Notes: generated from the letters alone by a model not told the origin. Numbered from the stretch's first letter, positions 26,415-39,060 are shown. The stretch: DNA of 64,000 bases from Rhodosorus marinus CCMP1338 (GCA_029953675.1 JAMWBK010000009.1:1054001-1118000), one strand, 5' to 3'. A program made the numbers and translations.

Positions 26415-26683
26415 CAGAGAAAACGTCTTTTGGGACATTTTTGATCTCATTTCGGGACAAAAAAGGTAAAACTCTTCAAAAACACCTAAAAATTCCCCTT
26501 ATCAAAGTTTCCCTCAAAAAATGGGTTTTTTACTGACAGGTTTTCTTCCTATCAGGAAGCTCAAAAATTTCGTTGAATTTCTATTTTTCTATTTTAGTTT
26601 CGGGACGAAAATCTTCGGTGTGGGCTGGTTTGGTGGTTGGCTTCTGGAGTTGATGGGATGGCTTGTTTGTTGGGGGGGGGGGG

Positions 26684-27423
26684 GCAGAGGCTTTGGTGGT
26701 TTCTTAAGGCGATCGAGGTGCAAATGCGCGGATAGGAGATGGTGTGATCGATTTGTTAGCTTCTGAAGCCGATGGTTTTTTGTGGTTTCGCAGGCGAACG
26801 AGGTGCAAATGCGCGGATAGGAGATGGTTAGATATAGTCTTGTTTCTTCTACGTGATCGGTTTGTTAGCTTCTGAAGCCGATGGCTCCTCTTTGTGGGGG
26901 GCAGAGGCTTTGGTTTCGCAGACGAACCAGGTGAAAATGCGTGGATAGGAGATGGTTAGATGTAGCCTTGTTCCTTCTGCGTGATCGATCATGCGCGTAA
27001 GGCCGCTCTTTCCCTGCGAAGCCCGGGTTTGGCTAGCTTCTGAATGCGCGGATTGGGGATGGTAAGATTATAGCCTTGTTTCTTCTGCTGGATCGATTTT
27101 TCGGCTTCTGGATCCAACGGCTTCTTTGTGCGGGCAGAGAGGCTTTGGTTTCGCAGTCGAACGAGGTGCAAATGAGCGGATAAGGGATAGTTAGAAGTAG
27201 CCATGTTTCTTCTTCGCGATCGACCACGCGCGTAAGGCCACTCTTTCACTGGGAAGCCCAGGTTTGGTTAGCTCTGAAACCACCAACGGCTTTCTTGTGG
27301 GGGTCAGAGGATTTGGCTTCGCAAACGAGCGAAGTGCAAACGTGGATAAGGGATGGTTAGAGGAGCCTTTTATATTCTGTGGGATCTACAAAGAGCGTAA
27401 GGCCACTCTTTCGCTGGAAAGCC
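26684..27423. repeat. Degenerate non-coding tandem array, ~6 units of ~75-170 bp
   Basis: The core GTTTCGCAGnCGAACGAGGTGCAAATGCGCGGATAGGAGATGGTTAGA recurs at ~26710, 26786, 26913, 27045 (partial), 27147 and 27315. It has stops in all frames. Confidence 0.9.
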
Positions 27424-28090
27424 ACCTACAGCGTTATTGACGGCTTTCGCTCAGCTCATCCCGTGCCTCTGACGGACCTTCGCGTGGGCGTCCTTGCCAT
27501 GGGGCGGCAAGAAATAGCACCTCTTGTAGCTGGGGAACTGTCTATCTGCTCTCATCGGTGCGGAGAGCGACCCAGGTGTTACTTAATCACATTGTTCGTT
27601 TCTGAGAGGTCAGGGCTCTGTGTTTTGTGCTCAGCTCCAAGTTCGGAAGCCTGGTTATCCTTCTCAAGGCGCTTTTGATTTAGTTGTGAAACTGGGCCTA
27701 ACCTGCCCTGTAGAGGCTTGTGGTTACAGTGGTAGGTCTTCGAAAGCCAGTTAGTCTTCCCTTCTGGTCCGTTTCTGTGAATCAATACGCATCCGAGAGA
27801 ACGGCACTAGGGTACCACAGAAGCACATGCTCACGATTCCCAGCCTTTTATCGAATCTCAGGGGGCACTCTGGTAAACTCAAAGAAAGCTTACAGATACT
27901 GCTGCCTTTTATTCCATGGACTCAGTCCATCATTAACAGTACTGCCTAATACGGGAACAAACTCCAGAGCCGTGCTTCAAAAAAAAAGAATTTTTCCTAC
28001 AACGTACCAGATGAGTACCAACCCCAGAAACAAAAAGAAAAAAAAAGACCATTCCGGCCTCAATTCATCCAGTTCCATTAAGCTAAAAAA

Positions 28091-28278
28091 GACTGAACTT
28101 AGAATTTATTGACTACATCAATCAATATAAGCGAAACAGACTGAACCAGAACTTATTGAGTGGACCATATCAATCAATATTATTGAAATAGACTGAACCT
28201 AGAATTTATGGTTACCTTAATCTCAATATTAGTGAGATAGACTGGGTCTAGAATTTAAGGACTACATCAATCAATATT
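28091..28278. repeat. AT-rich minisatellite, 4 units of ~49 bp
   Basis: Units of the form GACTGAAC(C/T)TAGAATTTA...ATCAATCAATAT start at 28091, 28139, 28191 and 28240. Confidence 0.9.
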
Positions 28279-28487
28279 GGTGCCCCACCTCGCCCTCCAT
28301 TTTGCATTGTTATCTGCAAACGCTCACGGGTCCCCCTTCCCCTTCTTTCCTTCGTCCATTGCACCAGACCTAAAACTGTTAAAAAAACTGAATACTACGC
28401 ACCGTAGAACTTTATACTCCCCCTAGGCTTTTTCGTCATTCGTTTTTTTAATAGGAATAACAAAAAATTTGGGGGGGACCATATATA

Positions 28488-28631
28488 CAGGGTTGTGCCA
28501 AGTGGGTCGCGTTTGTCCCTGTTTACGACCTAGAAGACGTTAAAACCTCGAAAAACAGGGGGGGCTTAGAGGGTAATCAGCGAAAAAACCCACTCACTGA
28601 GCAAAAACCGGACCCCTTAGGCACAACCCTA
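28488..28631. mobile_element. Candidate 144-bp MITE with hAT-like termini
   Basis: Perfect 11-bp inverted repeat AGGGTTGTGCC (28489-28499) / GGCACAACCCT (28620-28630). The ends read CAGGG...CCCTA, and the flanking 8-mers CATATATA / AAAATATA match at 6 of 8 positions. Confidence 0.45.
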
Positions 28632-29818
28632 AAAATATATATATGTATTATGCATATCTTTTCTCCAACATTCACCGACAGAGAACGAACAAGATCGGAA
28701 ATCCTATTTTTGTTTTATTTATCTCATTGCGTAAATGGAGAGGGGGGTGGGTGGGTGGGATCCCAATACGAACCCGTTCTTACCCCGGTTTCTCTTCGAA
28801 AGCTATTAATAATCAAAACTATACTCATGTCTCATTTATATGCCTCCACCCCCTGTCCAACCAAAAACACCCCCAAAATAAATAAATATTAAATATACTC
28901 CTCGTTAACGAATATGATAATTTTTACCGGATTTGTGCTAAAGTATTACATTTATTCATATCTTATATATTGAATATAGATTACATTTTGGACTATATCA
29001 TTTCTTTCGTGCGGTCAAAACTGTTTTCCAAAATGTCTCTGGTTTTCGTCTTCCGATCAGGTGGGGAGAAGCTTTTCTCTTTCCCCCCTCCCTCCCTTTT
29101 TTTCTTTTTTTTTTGAGTTGGGGCTTTGGTTGTGGTTCGGCGGCTAGTTTTCGGACGCGGTGCTTAGTCTTCTTTCTCGGACGAAGAAAGACAGAGAAAG
29201 ACGGAGACTGGGACAGGGATGGGGAGGTGGGAGGGGCCCAAGAGGATGCTTGTTCTGAGTGGCTATGTTCTGTCCAGTTTTCCAATAATCAGATTGTACA
29301 GGGGAGCCAGTTCTCAAAACCCCACCACCCCACCACACCCCCTTACACCCCCCTCTGGCACTGCCCTGAACCAATCCCTTGCGCTTCTTGGAGTGACTAG
29401 GAACCCGGCGCCAGGCTGAGGGCATGGGGCAGGTGCAGTCTTTGCATCCTCTCCTCTAGTTTTTCCGGACTTGATTTGATAGTACAGGATTGAGTCAAGC
29501 AAAAAGAGTTGGAGCCTGGTCTGAATCTCAATTACCACTTCGCTTTCCCATGGATCCATGCAAAACCGGGGATCTCAATCTCCGTGTTGCGTTCGGTAAA
29601 AGGATATAAAGTAGACGGGAACGATGCAGATGCGAATGGGGGTCAGTAAGGAGAAGGGGGAGGGTAGATCCTCTTGAACACTTGTTTGGAGGTAGTACGT
29701 CTAGTTTGGAATATACTGAGTTATTTTGCCCAGCTGAGTGCTGGTGAGAAAGTTGCAAGACGGGTGGGGAAAGCCGAGTTTTAGTTTTGTTTGTTTAGCG
29801 GGCTTTCTGTAGCTCAAG

Positions 29819-32800
29819 ATGCAAGGGGGTGGTGGGGACGGATGGGCCGCGTCTTCTTCAAGTCAGTCTCGAGACGCAGAGTCCATGAAGGCGTTTGACA
29901 TGAAAAAGTTTAGTCTGGGCCTGCCCGGTGCTTCCCGAGGAAATGAAGACTCGCCCCAGACGAAATCCCACGCTGGGTATCTCGTGGATGCCGCAACAGG
30001 GCCAGGTAAGTGCTACAGAAACGGGAACCGTTCGAGTTCAGTAAAACGGGACTGGACTGCACTGGACTGCACTGGACTGCACTGGACTGGAATCCAAACC
30101 ATTTGAAACTTCGGGCTCTGACACGATTCGTTCACATGTCTACCGCGTGCAGGCCTCTCGTCGGAGCAAAAATTTGACACCTACAGCAGGATCAACGATT
30201 TCTGTGCCAGCGGTGGTGGGTCGGCTGTTTCATTCTTAATAGGGGAGAGGTTGCAGACCACTGATTTGAACAAGGCGATGCGTGTACTGGAATGTCTGGA
30301 GGAAATGATGAGGTGGGCTGTGTGTACGGGCTTCACTTGCGAGATTGTATTTGCTCTCGTTTCGATTTTTCTCACAGGCTGACGCGTTTACCAGGACCGT
30401 ACCGTTCTTCTACCGGTATACAGCCAATCAGAAGTTCTTCAAACGGTTGTGGAGATATATCAACCCGTACTATAAGTCAGGAATCATGCAGCCGAAGGCA
30501 GTTGTCTACCCAGTCCCAATAACGAGTAAGTGTAACTTCAAACATCTGTGCGGCCGGGAGCAATCGGCAGTAGGTCGTGTGGACCAGGCGACATTGTACT
30601 TGGTGGAGTATCGCGGAATGTTAAAACCTTTTGTGAACTGCGTTGATAACAGGAAAAGTGCTGACGCTTGTTCGAGCATGGGCGTACGACCTCCACAAGA
30701 TGTACGCTGGAAAATATGAACCCGCAGCGGCTTTTTGGGTGGAAAGATATAACACAAAAAGGGCAAAAGTGAGGATTTATATGCCAATGCCACAGTGTTA
30801 AAGCTGGCCGAATCGAGGATCTTTTGGGGTTTCGTGGCGCTGGCCGCCGGCTGCTTCTAACTGGGTCTGTCCTGTTATCAGGTGAATTTCCCGGAGCCTC
30901 CTAAGGGTGTTGGTCCTTGGGTTTGTCCCGTGAATGAGAAAACCGACAGGAAACTGAGGTCACAATACGACATCAAGGGGATGTCTGTTGATGCAATGGA
31001 GAACCTGGTAACGTTGCTCGAGTCGATTGTTCACAACAGCTACTCCGTGCACGAGTTAGAATCGAACGATGCTCTGCCGAGTCTGATAAAGGATGGGAGG
31101 AGTGCCATTGAGAGTAGGGACTCGATAACCCAGAATTTAGCGCGGGAAGATGACGTGTCGAGATGCATTGAGTTGAGTGAACGTCTGGAGACGGTTATTT
31201 CAAGGTACGATAGGGCGTTGGCCACTGGTGTCGTGCCTGACGACATGGGATTTTCGCGAAAGCACTCAGTACATGCAGAAGGGAGCTATTATAGCACAAT
31301 AAGGTCAGATCAGTATCCGTTGGAAGAGGATCCGGCCGACTATCAAGGTGGCAAATCTAGACCTTACAGCAACAACTCACCTAGGATCGTGCATAATGAC
31401 TACGAGAGGCCTTCAGGTCCAGTCCAGGTGAGTCCGACTGAACCATTGTAGACTGCTGCGTGACATTGGCAAGCTGAGACGTTCTATAGCTACATCAACA
31501 GGAGCATCCGGTTAGAGCTCCAAGTAGAAGTCCAGGAGCGAACTATCCAAGACAACCAACTCGGGTAGTATATACGGCGGCGCCGGTATACGCAGCACCT
31601 CCGCCTTACGAGTACAGGGACTATGACAGTCGGGATTATGACGAAGAGTAAGCTTTCTGAAACGCAACTTCTTTCCTTCTTGGCTTGGGCTAATGGGTCG
31701 TGGTCACCGCATGGCTTAGCTATTCGGACGAAGAAGACGAGGAGGAGGAAGCGCTAAGGAGAAAGGCTTCCGCCAAAAAGAAGAAGAAGAAGGAGAAGAA
31801 GTCCAAAGAGAGCTCCCCAGTCGCTGGGCCGGTATATACCCAACCTCAGGGGCAAGTGCAAACTCCTGTTCTGCCTCAACTGTTTCTGACGAATCAGGAT
31901 GCCTTCCAGCAACCGTACGTGAGCGTGATGGCGTCCTCGTCGGGAAACTCCAGTCCCGCGACAACACCTATGCCTTATCAGGTGTACAGCCCTACTACGT
32001 CATCGGGTCCTGGGACTCCCTCGCAGGTAAGTTTATGGTGAACCCTTTGCGATTAGGCGGAATCGAAGTCTGTTTGTCAGCCTCTCAACTTCTGCTTTTA
32101 CGCCTTGATAGCTTGCAAACGGGGGTTATGTACCGCAGCTTACGACGATTTACACCCCCGTCATGTCCCCACAACCATATGAGTCGGTATCTCCTGCTGC
32201 ATACATCCAGGCCAGTCCCGCAGCTGCACAACAGGTGCAGGATGCTGCCCTTGCTCAACAGCAACAGCTTACACAGCAGCACCTCGTGCAACAACAAGCA
32301 GTGCAGCAGCAACATCAGATGCAGCAGCAAGTGCAGCCCCAAGCAGCTGTGCATCCCAGTGTCCAACAGGTATGAAGTTCTTCGCGATCAGGCTATGAAC
32401 CATAGTTACCTCTCGGTGGAAATTGTGAACAATTGCAAAATGGCAGTCGCTGGATTTTGCTGACACGTCCGTTTTCCCGGTGATGCCTTTGTAGGGCCTG
32501 CAGCAATGAGGTCCTTTGTAAGAATTCGGAGTCAACTTTGCCGTTAGAAGACTTGTTCAGTGCCTGCGTAACTGCTTCTGTACTATCCGTTACGATCACC
32601 TTTACAGCCCCCGCTCGTTCCACTCAGCCTATGGCGAGCTGGTGGGGTAAGTACAGTTCCAAACCCGTTTTAACCTGTTGCAGGAGTGTCTATTCGCACT
32701 GTGGCGCTTATCTGGTATACTTCTTTTCGACAGTGCAGGTGACCGCAAACTGGACATTTGATGAGAATCAAAACAGATGGACTATTCCGCCTCGAGAACT

Positions 32801-32819
32801 GTGGCGAAAGCTTGCATAA
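29819..32819 (+). CDS. TOM1-like VHS-GAT endosomal sorting adaptor with a long Ser/Pro/Gln-rich tail (3' exons uncertain)
   Basis: VHS-like KVLTLVRAWAYDL...KRAKVNFP and GAT-like LLESIV...DDVSRCIELSERLETVISRYDRAL, followed by low-complexity Q/P-rich exons. Confidence 0.7.
30051..30090. repeat. (ACTGGACTGC)4 microsatellite in the first intron of the TOM1-like gene
   Basis: Three exact 10-mers plus one variant. Confidence 0.95.
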
Positions 32820-32935
32820 AAGTAAAGTTTGTAACGAACTTCAATTGGAACCACTAAATGTCGCTTGGTCTCTGTCATCTCTTTTTTGGGTCTTCTGTGC
32901 TGAAATGGACCCCAAAACCTGAGCTGGAGACCAGA

Positions 32936-33312
32936 CGTTCCTATCACGCGATACTTAGGAGTTCTTCGATGGTGTAGTAAGTTATGGGAACCCTTCATGA
33001 ACGGTCCGCCCCCTTCGCAGGTAGATCCGTGCAGGTCGAGACCGCGGCTTTGGGGGTATGACTTCAACAGAGTTGCCCACTGCGAGGCACGTTCTGTGGG
33101 GGTGCTTCCCCCACAGAACGTTGACGAAAAGACACAAGGTGGTAGCTGGGACGAGCAGAGCTCGTAGTCAGCACCGAAAAGCTGCGGGTGGGCCTTTGTT
33201 TATACCTACCGTCCGCTGACTGGTCTGCCTGCTTCAGAGAGTTGGTCGTCGGTGGGCGAACAAAGCAAAGAACAAAATGGGCAGTGTTTGCCCATTTTCT
33301 CGCGTAGGAACG
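32936..33312 (+). ncRNA. Candidate large structured non-coding RNA, family unknown
   Basis: A 13-bp terminal helix (32936-32951 / 33300-33312) encloses perfect 14-bp and 10-bp hairpins, an 18-bp bulged helix and further stems. G-U pairs favour the + strand. Confidence 0.5.
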
Positions 33313-33529
33313 GTGATTCCGTGGATGAGTCTTGCGTACACATGCGGGAGATCGTGAAGGATAGGAGGAATATCAGAGCGCCCGCAAAGGTGTAGCTGAG
33401 AAGTCGGGTGCTGCCGCCTTCAGTACGAGCCTAGAAGAAGGTCGTTGTTCAGGTACGAATTGATAAGCGACTTCGTTTGCTCCGTCCCTTTCTTTGCCGT
33501 CGATCCCCGAAATAGGGGTTGTGCGACGT

Positions 33530-34248
33530 GATGAAAATCATACATTGGTCCGTGTTTCTGACTTGTCAGTGATGGAGAATATGTATTAAACACTGCGTTA
33601 TCTTTCTGATTTCTAAGCAATTATGTTGGCTTCCTTCCTTGAATGAGTCACAGCTTTGGATATGATAGCTTTCGAAGACTTTCGTAGAATCTGCTCTGAG
33701 AATCACGGGTTTTCTGCTCATAACGCTTCTACACTAGAGTAATGCCTGCCGATGGATGTGGAAGCGAAGGAGCCTCCAAACTCCCCGAGTCTGAAAAGAA
33801 AAGCCAACTTAGTTGCTGCGTGAAGCTATGGGCCTACAACGGCCACAGCCACCCTCTGAAGCCTAACAAGAGTCTGATATTCCCCCAAAGCTTAATCCTC
33901 CTCCGTTCGTGCACTCTTTATATAAAAAAGCTCAAAAGCTGTTCGCACGAACTCTCGGGCGATAAATAGGCTATCGAAAGAAGCACAATGGTCAGCTCTC
34001 ACTCTGGGAAAGTCGCGCGCTGCCGTTCACCGGCATTGATTCATCTGTCATTAGAAAAGACACGCAAGAAAATGTAACACCCTCTTGTGAGAACCACTTT
34101 TGATACAAGATCTAGGGTCTTATCCTCGCCCGTATGTTAGCCATTAAGAAACAAGTTTCTCATAGTGATCAGAAAGATAACGCAGTGTTAAATACATATT
34201 CTCCATCACTGACAAGTCAGAAACACGGACCAATGTATGATTTTCATC
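33530..34248. mobile_element. Non-autonomous inverted-repeat (MITE/foldback-like) element, ~719 bp
   Basis: 81-bp inverted repeats at 33530-33610 and 34168-34248 with a single mismatch. No transposase ORF in the 557-bp interior and no clear TSD. Confidence 0.6.
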
Positions 34249-34362
34249 CTATCGCAAGAGCTTGCTCATCGCCCACAAATGCAAATGCAAAGGTGGATAC
34301 TATTTCGGACGTTGCCTCACCTTGTCAAGTAGTGCCTTATGAACCCACCAAGAGTAATAGTT

Positions 34363-36604
34363 TCACGAAGCAACTCGGCGTTGTCTTATGCCGGAGTCCT
34401 CTTTATCCGGTACTATTTCAGATTCCTCCCCAACCTGGTGTCCAATGTTCAACGAGGCATGCTCTTTTCAGTTGCTTGAGGAAAGATTGCGGCAACGAAC
34501 AGATATGCACTAGAAGCAAGACAGACCGGTTCACTGGCCACAGGATCGTCTTTCGTCTCTGCATCGTCCTTCTTGCTCTCTGATGCGTCCGGGTCGGCGG
34601 TGTCTCCCGTTGCGTTCTCCGGAGTGGCTGAGTCGTCCTCGTCCTCCTCCGGCCCTTCCTTGTAGCTCCTGTACAATTGGTAGGCTGCGGAAGCGAAGAT
34701 CGGAGAGAAGCACAGCAGCAAGAGGATGAATGTAAACGCGTGGGGCATGCCCGTGCTCTCCACCGCGCTCACTACGTTTCCATATCCGTTGTTGATTAGC
34801 AAATAAGCAAGGTTGCGATGGATTCTTGACATGTAGTCCTACGCAACACAATACAACGGACGTGAGAATTTGTTGCCCCGCAAGATGATGTTCCGATAGT
34901 CACCATTACATCAATCGTTCTCCCTATGTTTTCCAGCTTCGTTCCCGTTGACGTGGATTGCTGTCGTTCTGCTTCTGCTTCACCGAGCGTTTTCACTTTC
35001 CACGTCCTAAGCGCGATTTCCCCAGCTTCCCCCTCGTCCGTGCAGACCAAAACGTTGTCAAATCGAATGTTTGTATCCATTACCCACAGCTCAATGCCAA
35101 CAGCTGAAAACTTGAGCAAGCGCGGATTCTCCACCTGGAACGAGAGAAAGAGCAGTCAGCATCCTTCTGAATCCGTTCAAAGTATCCTTTGCTCGTCCTC
35201 ACCCTATAGTGCTCTGGGTTTGGTACTTTTCGTGGCTTCCACTCCCCGATGTACTTCGGGTTTTTAATCAGTTGAGGCGTCCACGCTCCCTTGTACTTCG
35301 GGTTCGCAACAAGCGGCGCTGTCCAAGGACCGCATCCCACGTCACATTTTGGATTCTGAATCAGCGGAGGCATCCATGCGCCTTCCTCCTGATCGTCCCA
35401 ATCCTCCGGTCTCACCGCCCTCACATCCGCGATCGTTGGCGGCTCGTCCTCCAGCCAACCCTAACGGACAAAACTAGTTAGCACCATAACTTACATTCGA
35501 TGACCACAGGCTCGTCGTGTTTTTACCTCTGGCATTTTTGCTTCAGGGTCTGCATGCATCCTCGGTTCATTCTCGTCCCAGTCATCCGGCTTCTTATCCT
35601 CCGGATCCGGGATTTCAGATTGATCTTCCCAGTCCTCGGGCTTAACATCTTCCGGATCGTCGACCTCCTCGGGCGGGGTTAACGGCGGTGAAAATTCACT
35701 CGGGTCGCTGTGAACCGAACATCAACGACAGGAGGTAGAGCTTCAACACGTGAACCGCGCAGCAAAACTGGTGCTAGTTTAGAGTTTGGAAACGGTGGAA
35801 AATAGATTTACCTGATTTTGCCGCTTCTGACAACCTCGTTATCAATCTTCATCTTAAATTCCTCCCCTTTAATAACGAGCGTGTACAAGTGAGTTTTTCT
35901 GTCCATTCCCGCGATCTGCGGAGGTCTCAGCATGTGGTGCTCTTCGAGCTTGCCAGTCACTTTGTTCGGGTACTGCCGTAGAAGCATGAGGTCTAGACAA
36001 TCAGTACAAAAGACCCTGCGTATTCCGTACCCTTTCCTGGCCCTAGTGATTGCTTCTTCTTGCTCACCTGAAAGATGAAGTGAACGCGATTGTTTTGCCC
36101 GCATCGATCGGGTCCAAACATAATAGAGTAAGGCAGCCCATCTTTAACCTGGTCCAGATCACTAAACGGGCTTTTGATCAACTTGAGGTACGAACCCGAA
36201 CATGTCAATCCGTGCTCGTACTTGACGTCGTACTGTACGACGAGTTCATCGTGGTCGGCGGGGTTAACCTCAACCTTTTGTGCAATGCCATAATGCTTTG
36301 CATCATTGGGGATCATCATATCACGATCTCCTTCCAGAACCTTCGTATCACACACACACACACATAAACAGGAATAAAACTGCTGTAAGAAAAACCAGAT
36401 CCTCTCGAAAACGTGGTAAGGCCAGATCAAACTTCCACTTACCCCTTGCTCAAGAGCAAACTTTCCTTGGTACTTCTCATCAGATGCATGAGTCCACGCC
36501 AGCTCTCCCTTATCGAACGTATCCAAAAACAGGACCTCCCCTTGAGATCCGCAAACCCAGATCGCCAAAATGGCGATCAACCCAAGCATCCTTATTCTGT
36601 ACAT
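34363..36604 (-). CDS. CANX: Calnexin
   Basis: Signal peptide, then LVVQYDVKYEHGLTCSGSYLKL, YSIMFGPDRCG, P-domain repeats (PEDWDDQEEGAWMPPLIQNPKC) and GIELW. It has a C-terminal TM and a tail ending GIRQRRVAS* (ends at 34449 if the last intron is retained). Confidence 0.93.
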
Positions 36605-38089
36605 CGTCGCTGAACTCATCGCCAAATCGGAATCATCAAGGAACAAAACATTAATCCTCCTCCTCACTTCATCTGGCACCTGTTACATTCCATGCAGCAC
36701 TTTATGCTCACCTGAATCCAAATCAGTTCTCTCAAAGAAAGCCCGAACTGTAGACACCCGACCCCACACGCCCACGCAGTCCTTCCAGCGTTCGGCGCCG
36801 CGTGCTGTTCATATCGCCGGCGTACGATGTCCCACTTTTGACAACATTGGGACACGACCTGTTGGAAATTATTGGGACACCTATGAATTGGCATTAAGAG
36901 GTGAGGTCGCGTGCCTACCGATCTCGATCAAGGCAGAATAATGAAATCACAGGAGTTGTTTGAAGGAGTTGATGATCATTGGGAGCTATCCCCTCTGAAT
37001 TTTTCAGAGGCGATAGCTCCGCGGGATTGTGACCTCACTTGGTGTCTTCAAGTACAGGATGATCTTCTGTTATCGCCGTCAAGATCTGCCTGACTTTGTT
37101 CCCCATCACAGTAGCAAATTGGCGGACGGCGTTGACCCAACAACCCATGAAGAGGCTAAGTGCGAGGGTTCTTGGTTGGCCTGCACTTTCTGAGGAAGGC
37201 GTATACCTCTGACGGCCGACTTCATTCGGGCATCCACCTTCCTTAGGAGATTCTGTGCGCTAATGAGCTACGCCGGTTTCTCCTCACCAAGCGACCTCCA
37301 CAAATCTCCCGTCACATCCGTGACCTTAGGCCAGACAAAAACCCGCCAGGTTCACAAGTCCGAGTGCGTTCGATTCCCACTTTATGCTAGCTCAACCTGC
37401 GTTTGTTCGCAACTGGTCCTCGCCGCTCTGGACTGGGTTTGCTTCCCGAATTGAAGACGAATCCTCAACATGTGACGGAGAAATTTGATGAGATCGGGTG
37501 ACACTAGCTCCGAATTCTGCCCTACTAGGACGTCCCCAATGTACAAGGATCTCCCTGCCTATCGCCGCCCTTGTCTCGGTGTTTTGTCCCAGTTCGCTGT
37601 CCGCGTAAAAACCGGTGAAGCCTGTTTGGGACACGCAAAGAACTGGCCTCGACGTGAAGCTGCGTTGAGATTGATCTCGATTAAAGCAGAATATTGATAT
37701 CATAGGATTGACTTGAACCATCTGGCGATAATGGCTCTCTATTATTGTCGTCAAGCATGGCCCCCTCTTCTCGTATACCCACAGCATACGGCGGTGGCTC
37801 TGGACCAAGAATGAAACAACAAGCCGTGCTGGTTCCTTGATACAGAAATCTATTCTTGGATCTGGTTTTAATCCAAGGCTACGCCATCTTGCGTGCTACC
37901 CGAACACCCAAAAGTATGGGTTTCAATCTTGAGCCTTGATGGGGGCGATGAAGATGCCTCAGTGGTTCGGTTCTAGAGGATCAGGTCACGTCGATGCGGA
38001 TATGCTTGTTCTTTTCTAGCGATGAGAAGTAGAGTATGAGATAAGCAGGGATTGAGGCCTGAATTCGCCTGGCGCATACACGGTTACGA

Positions 38090-39014
<925 letters not shown>

Positions 39015-39060
39015 GTTTAAGGAACCATTCCAAACTGCGTGATAAACTACTCGAAACAAA

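Noticed and set aside
32950-32980. U1-like ATACTTA and U2-like GTGTAGTA (32972-32979) words
   Set aside because: The flanking U1/U2 conserved sequences and an Sm site are missing, so short matches like these are expected by chance.
33306-33321. AGGAACGGTGATTCCG resembling the start of a cobalamin riboswitch
   Set aside because: The downstream CCCGC.ACUG and B12-box elements are absent or in the wrong order, and the bases are better explained by the terminal helix of the structured segment.
36700-38000. Possible gene(s) between calnexin and UPRT, and at 11.7-12.2, 12.8-13.4, 17.5-18.0 and 62.5-63.0 kb
   Set aside because: There are exon-like fragments, but I could not build a consistent spliced ORF or recognise a family by eye, so they are left unannotated.
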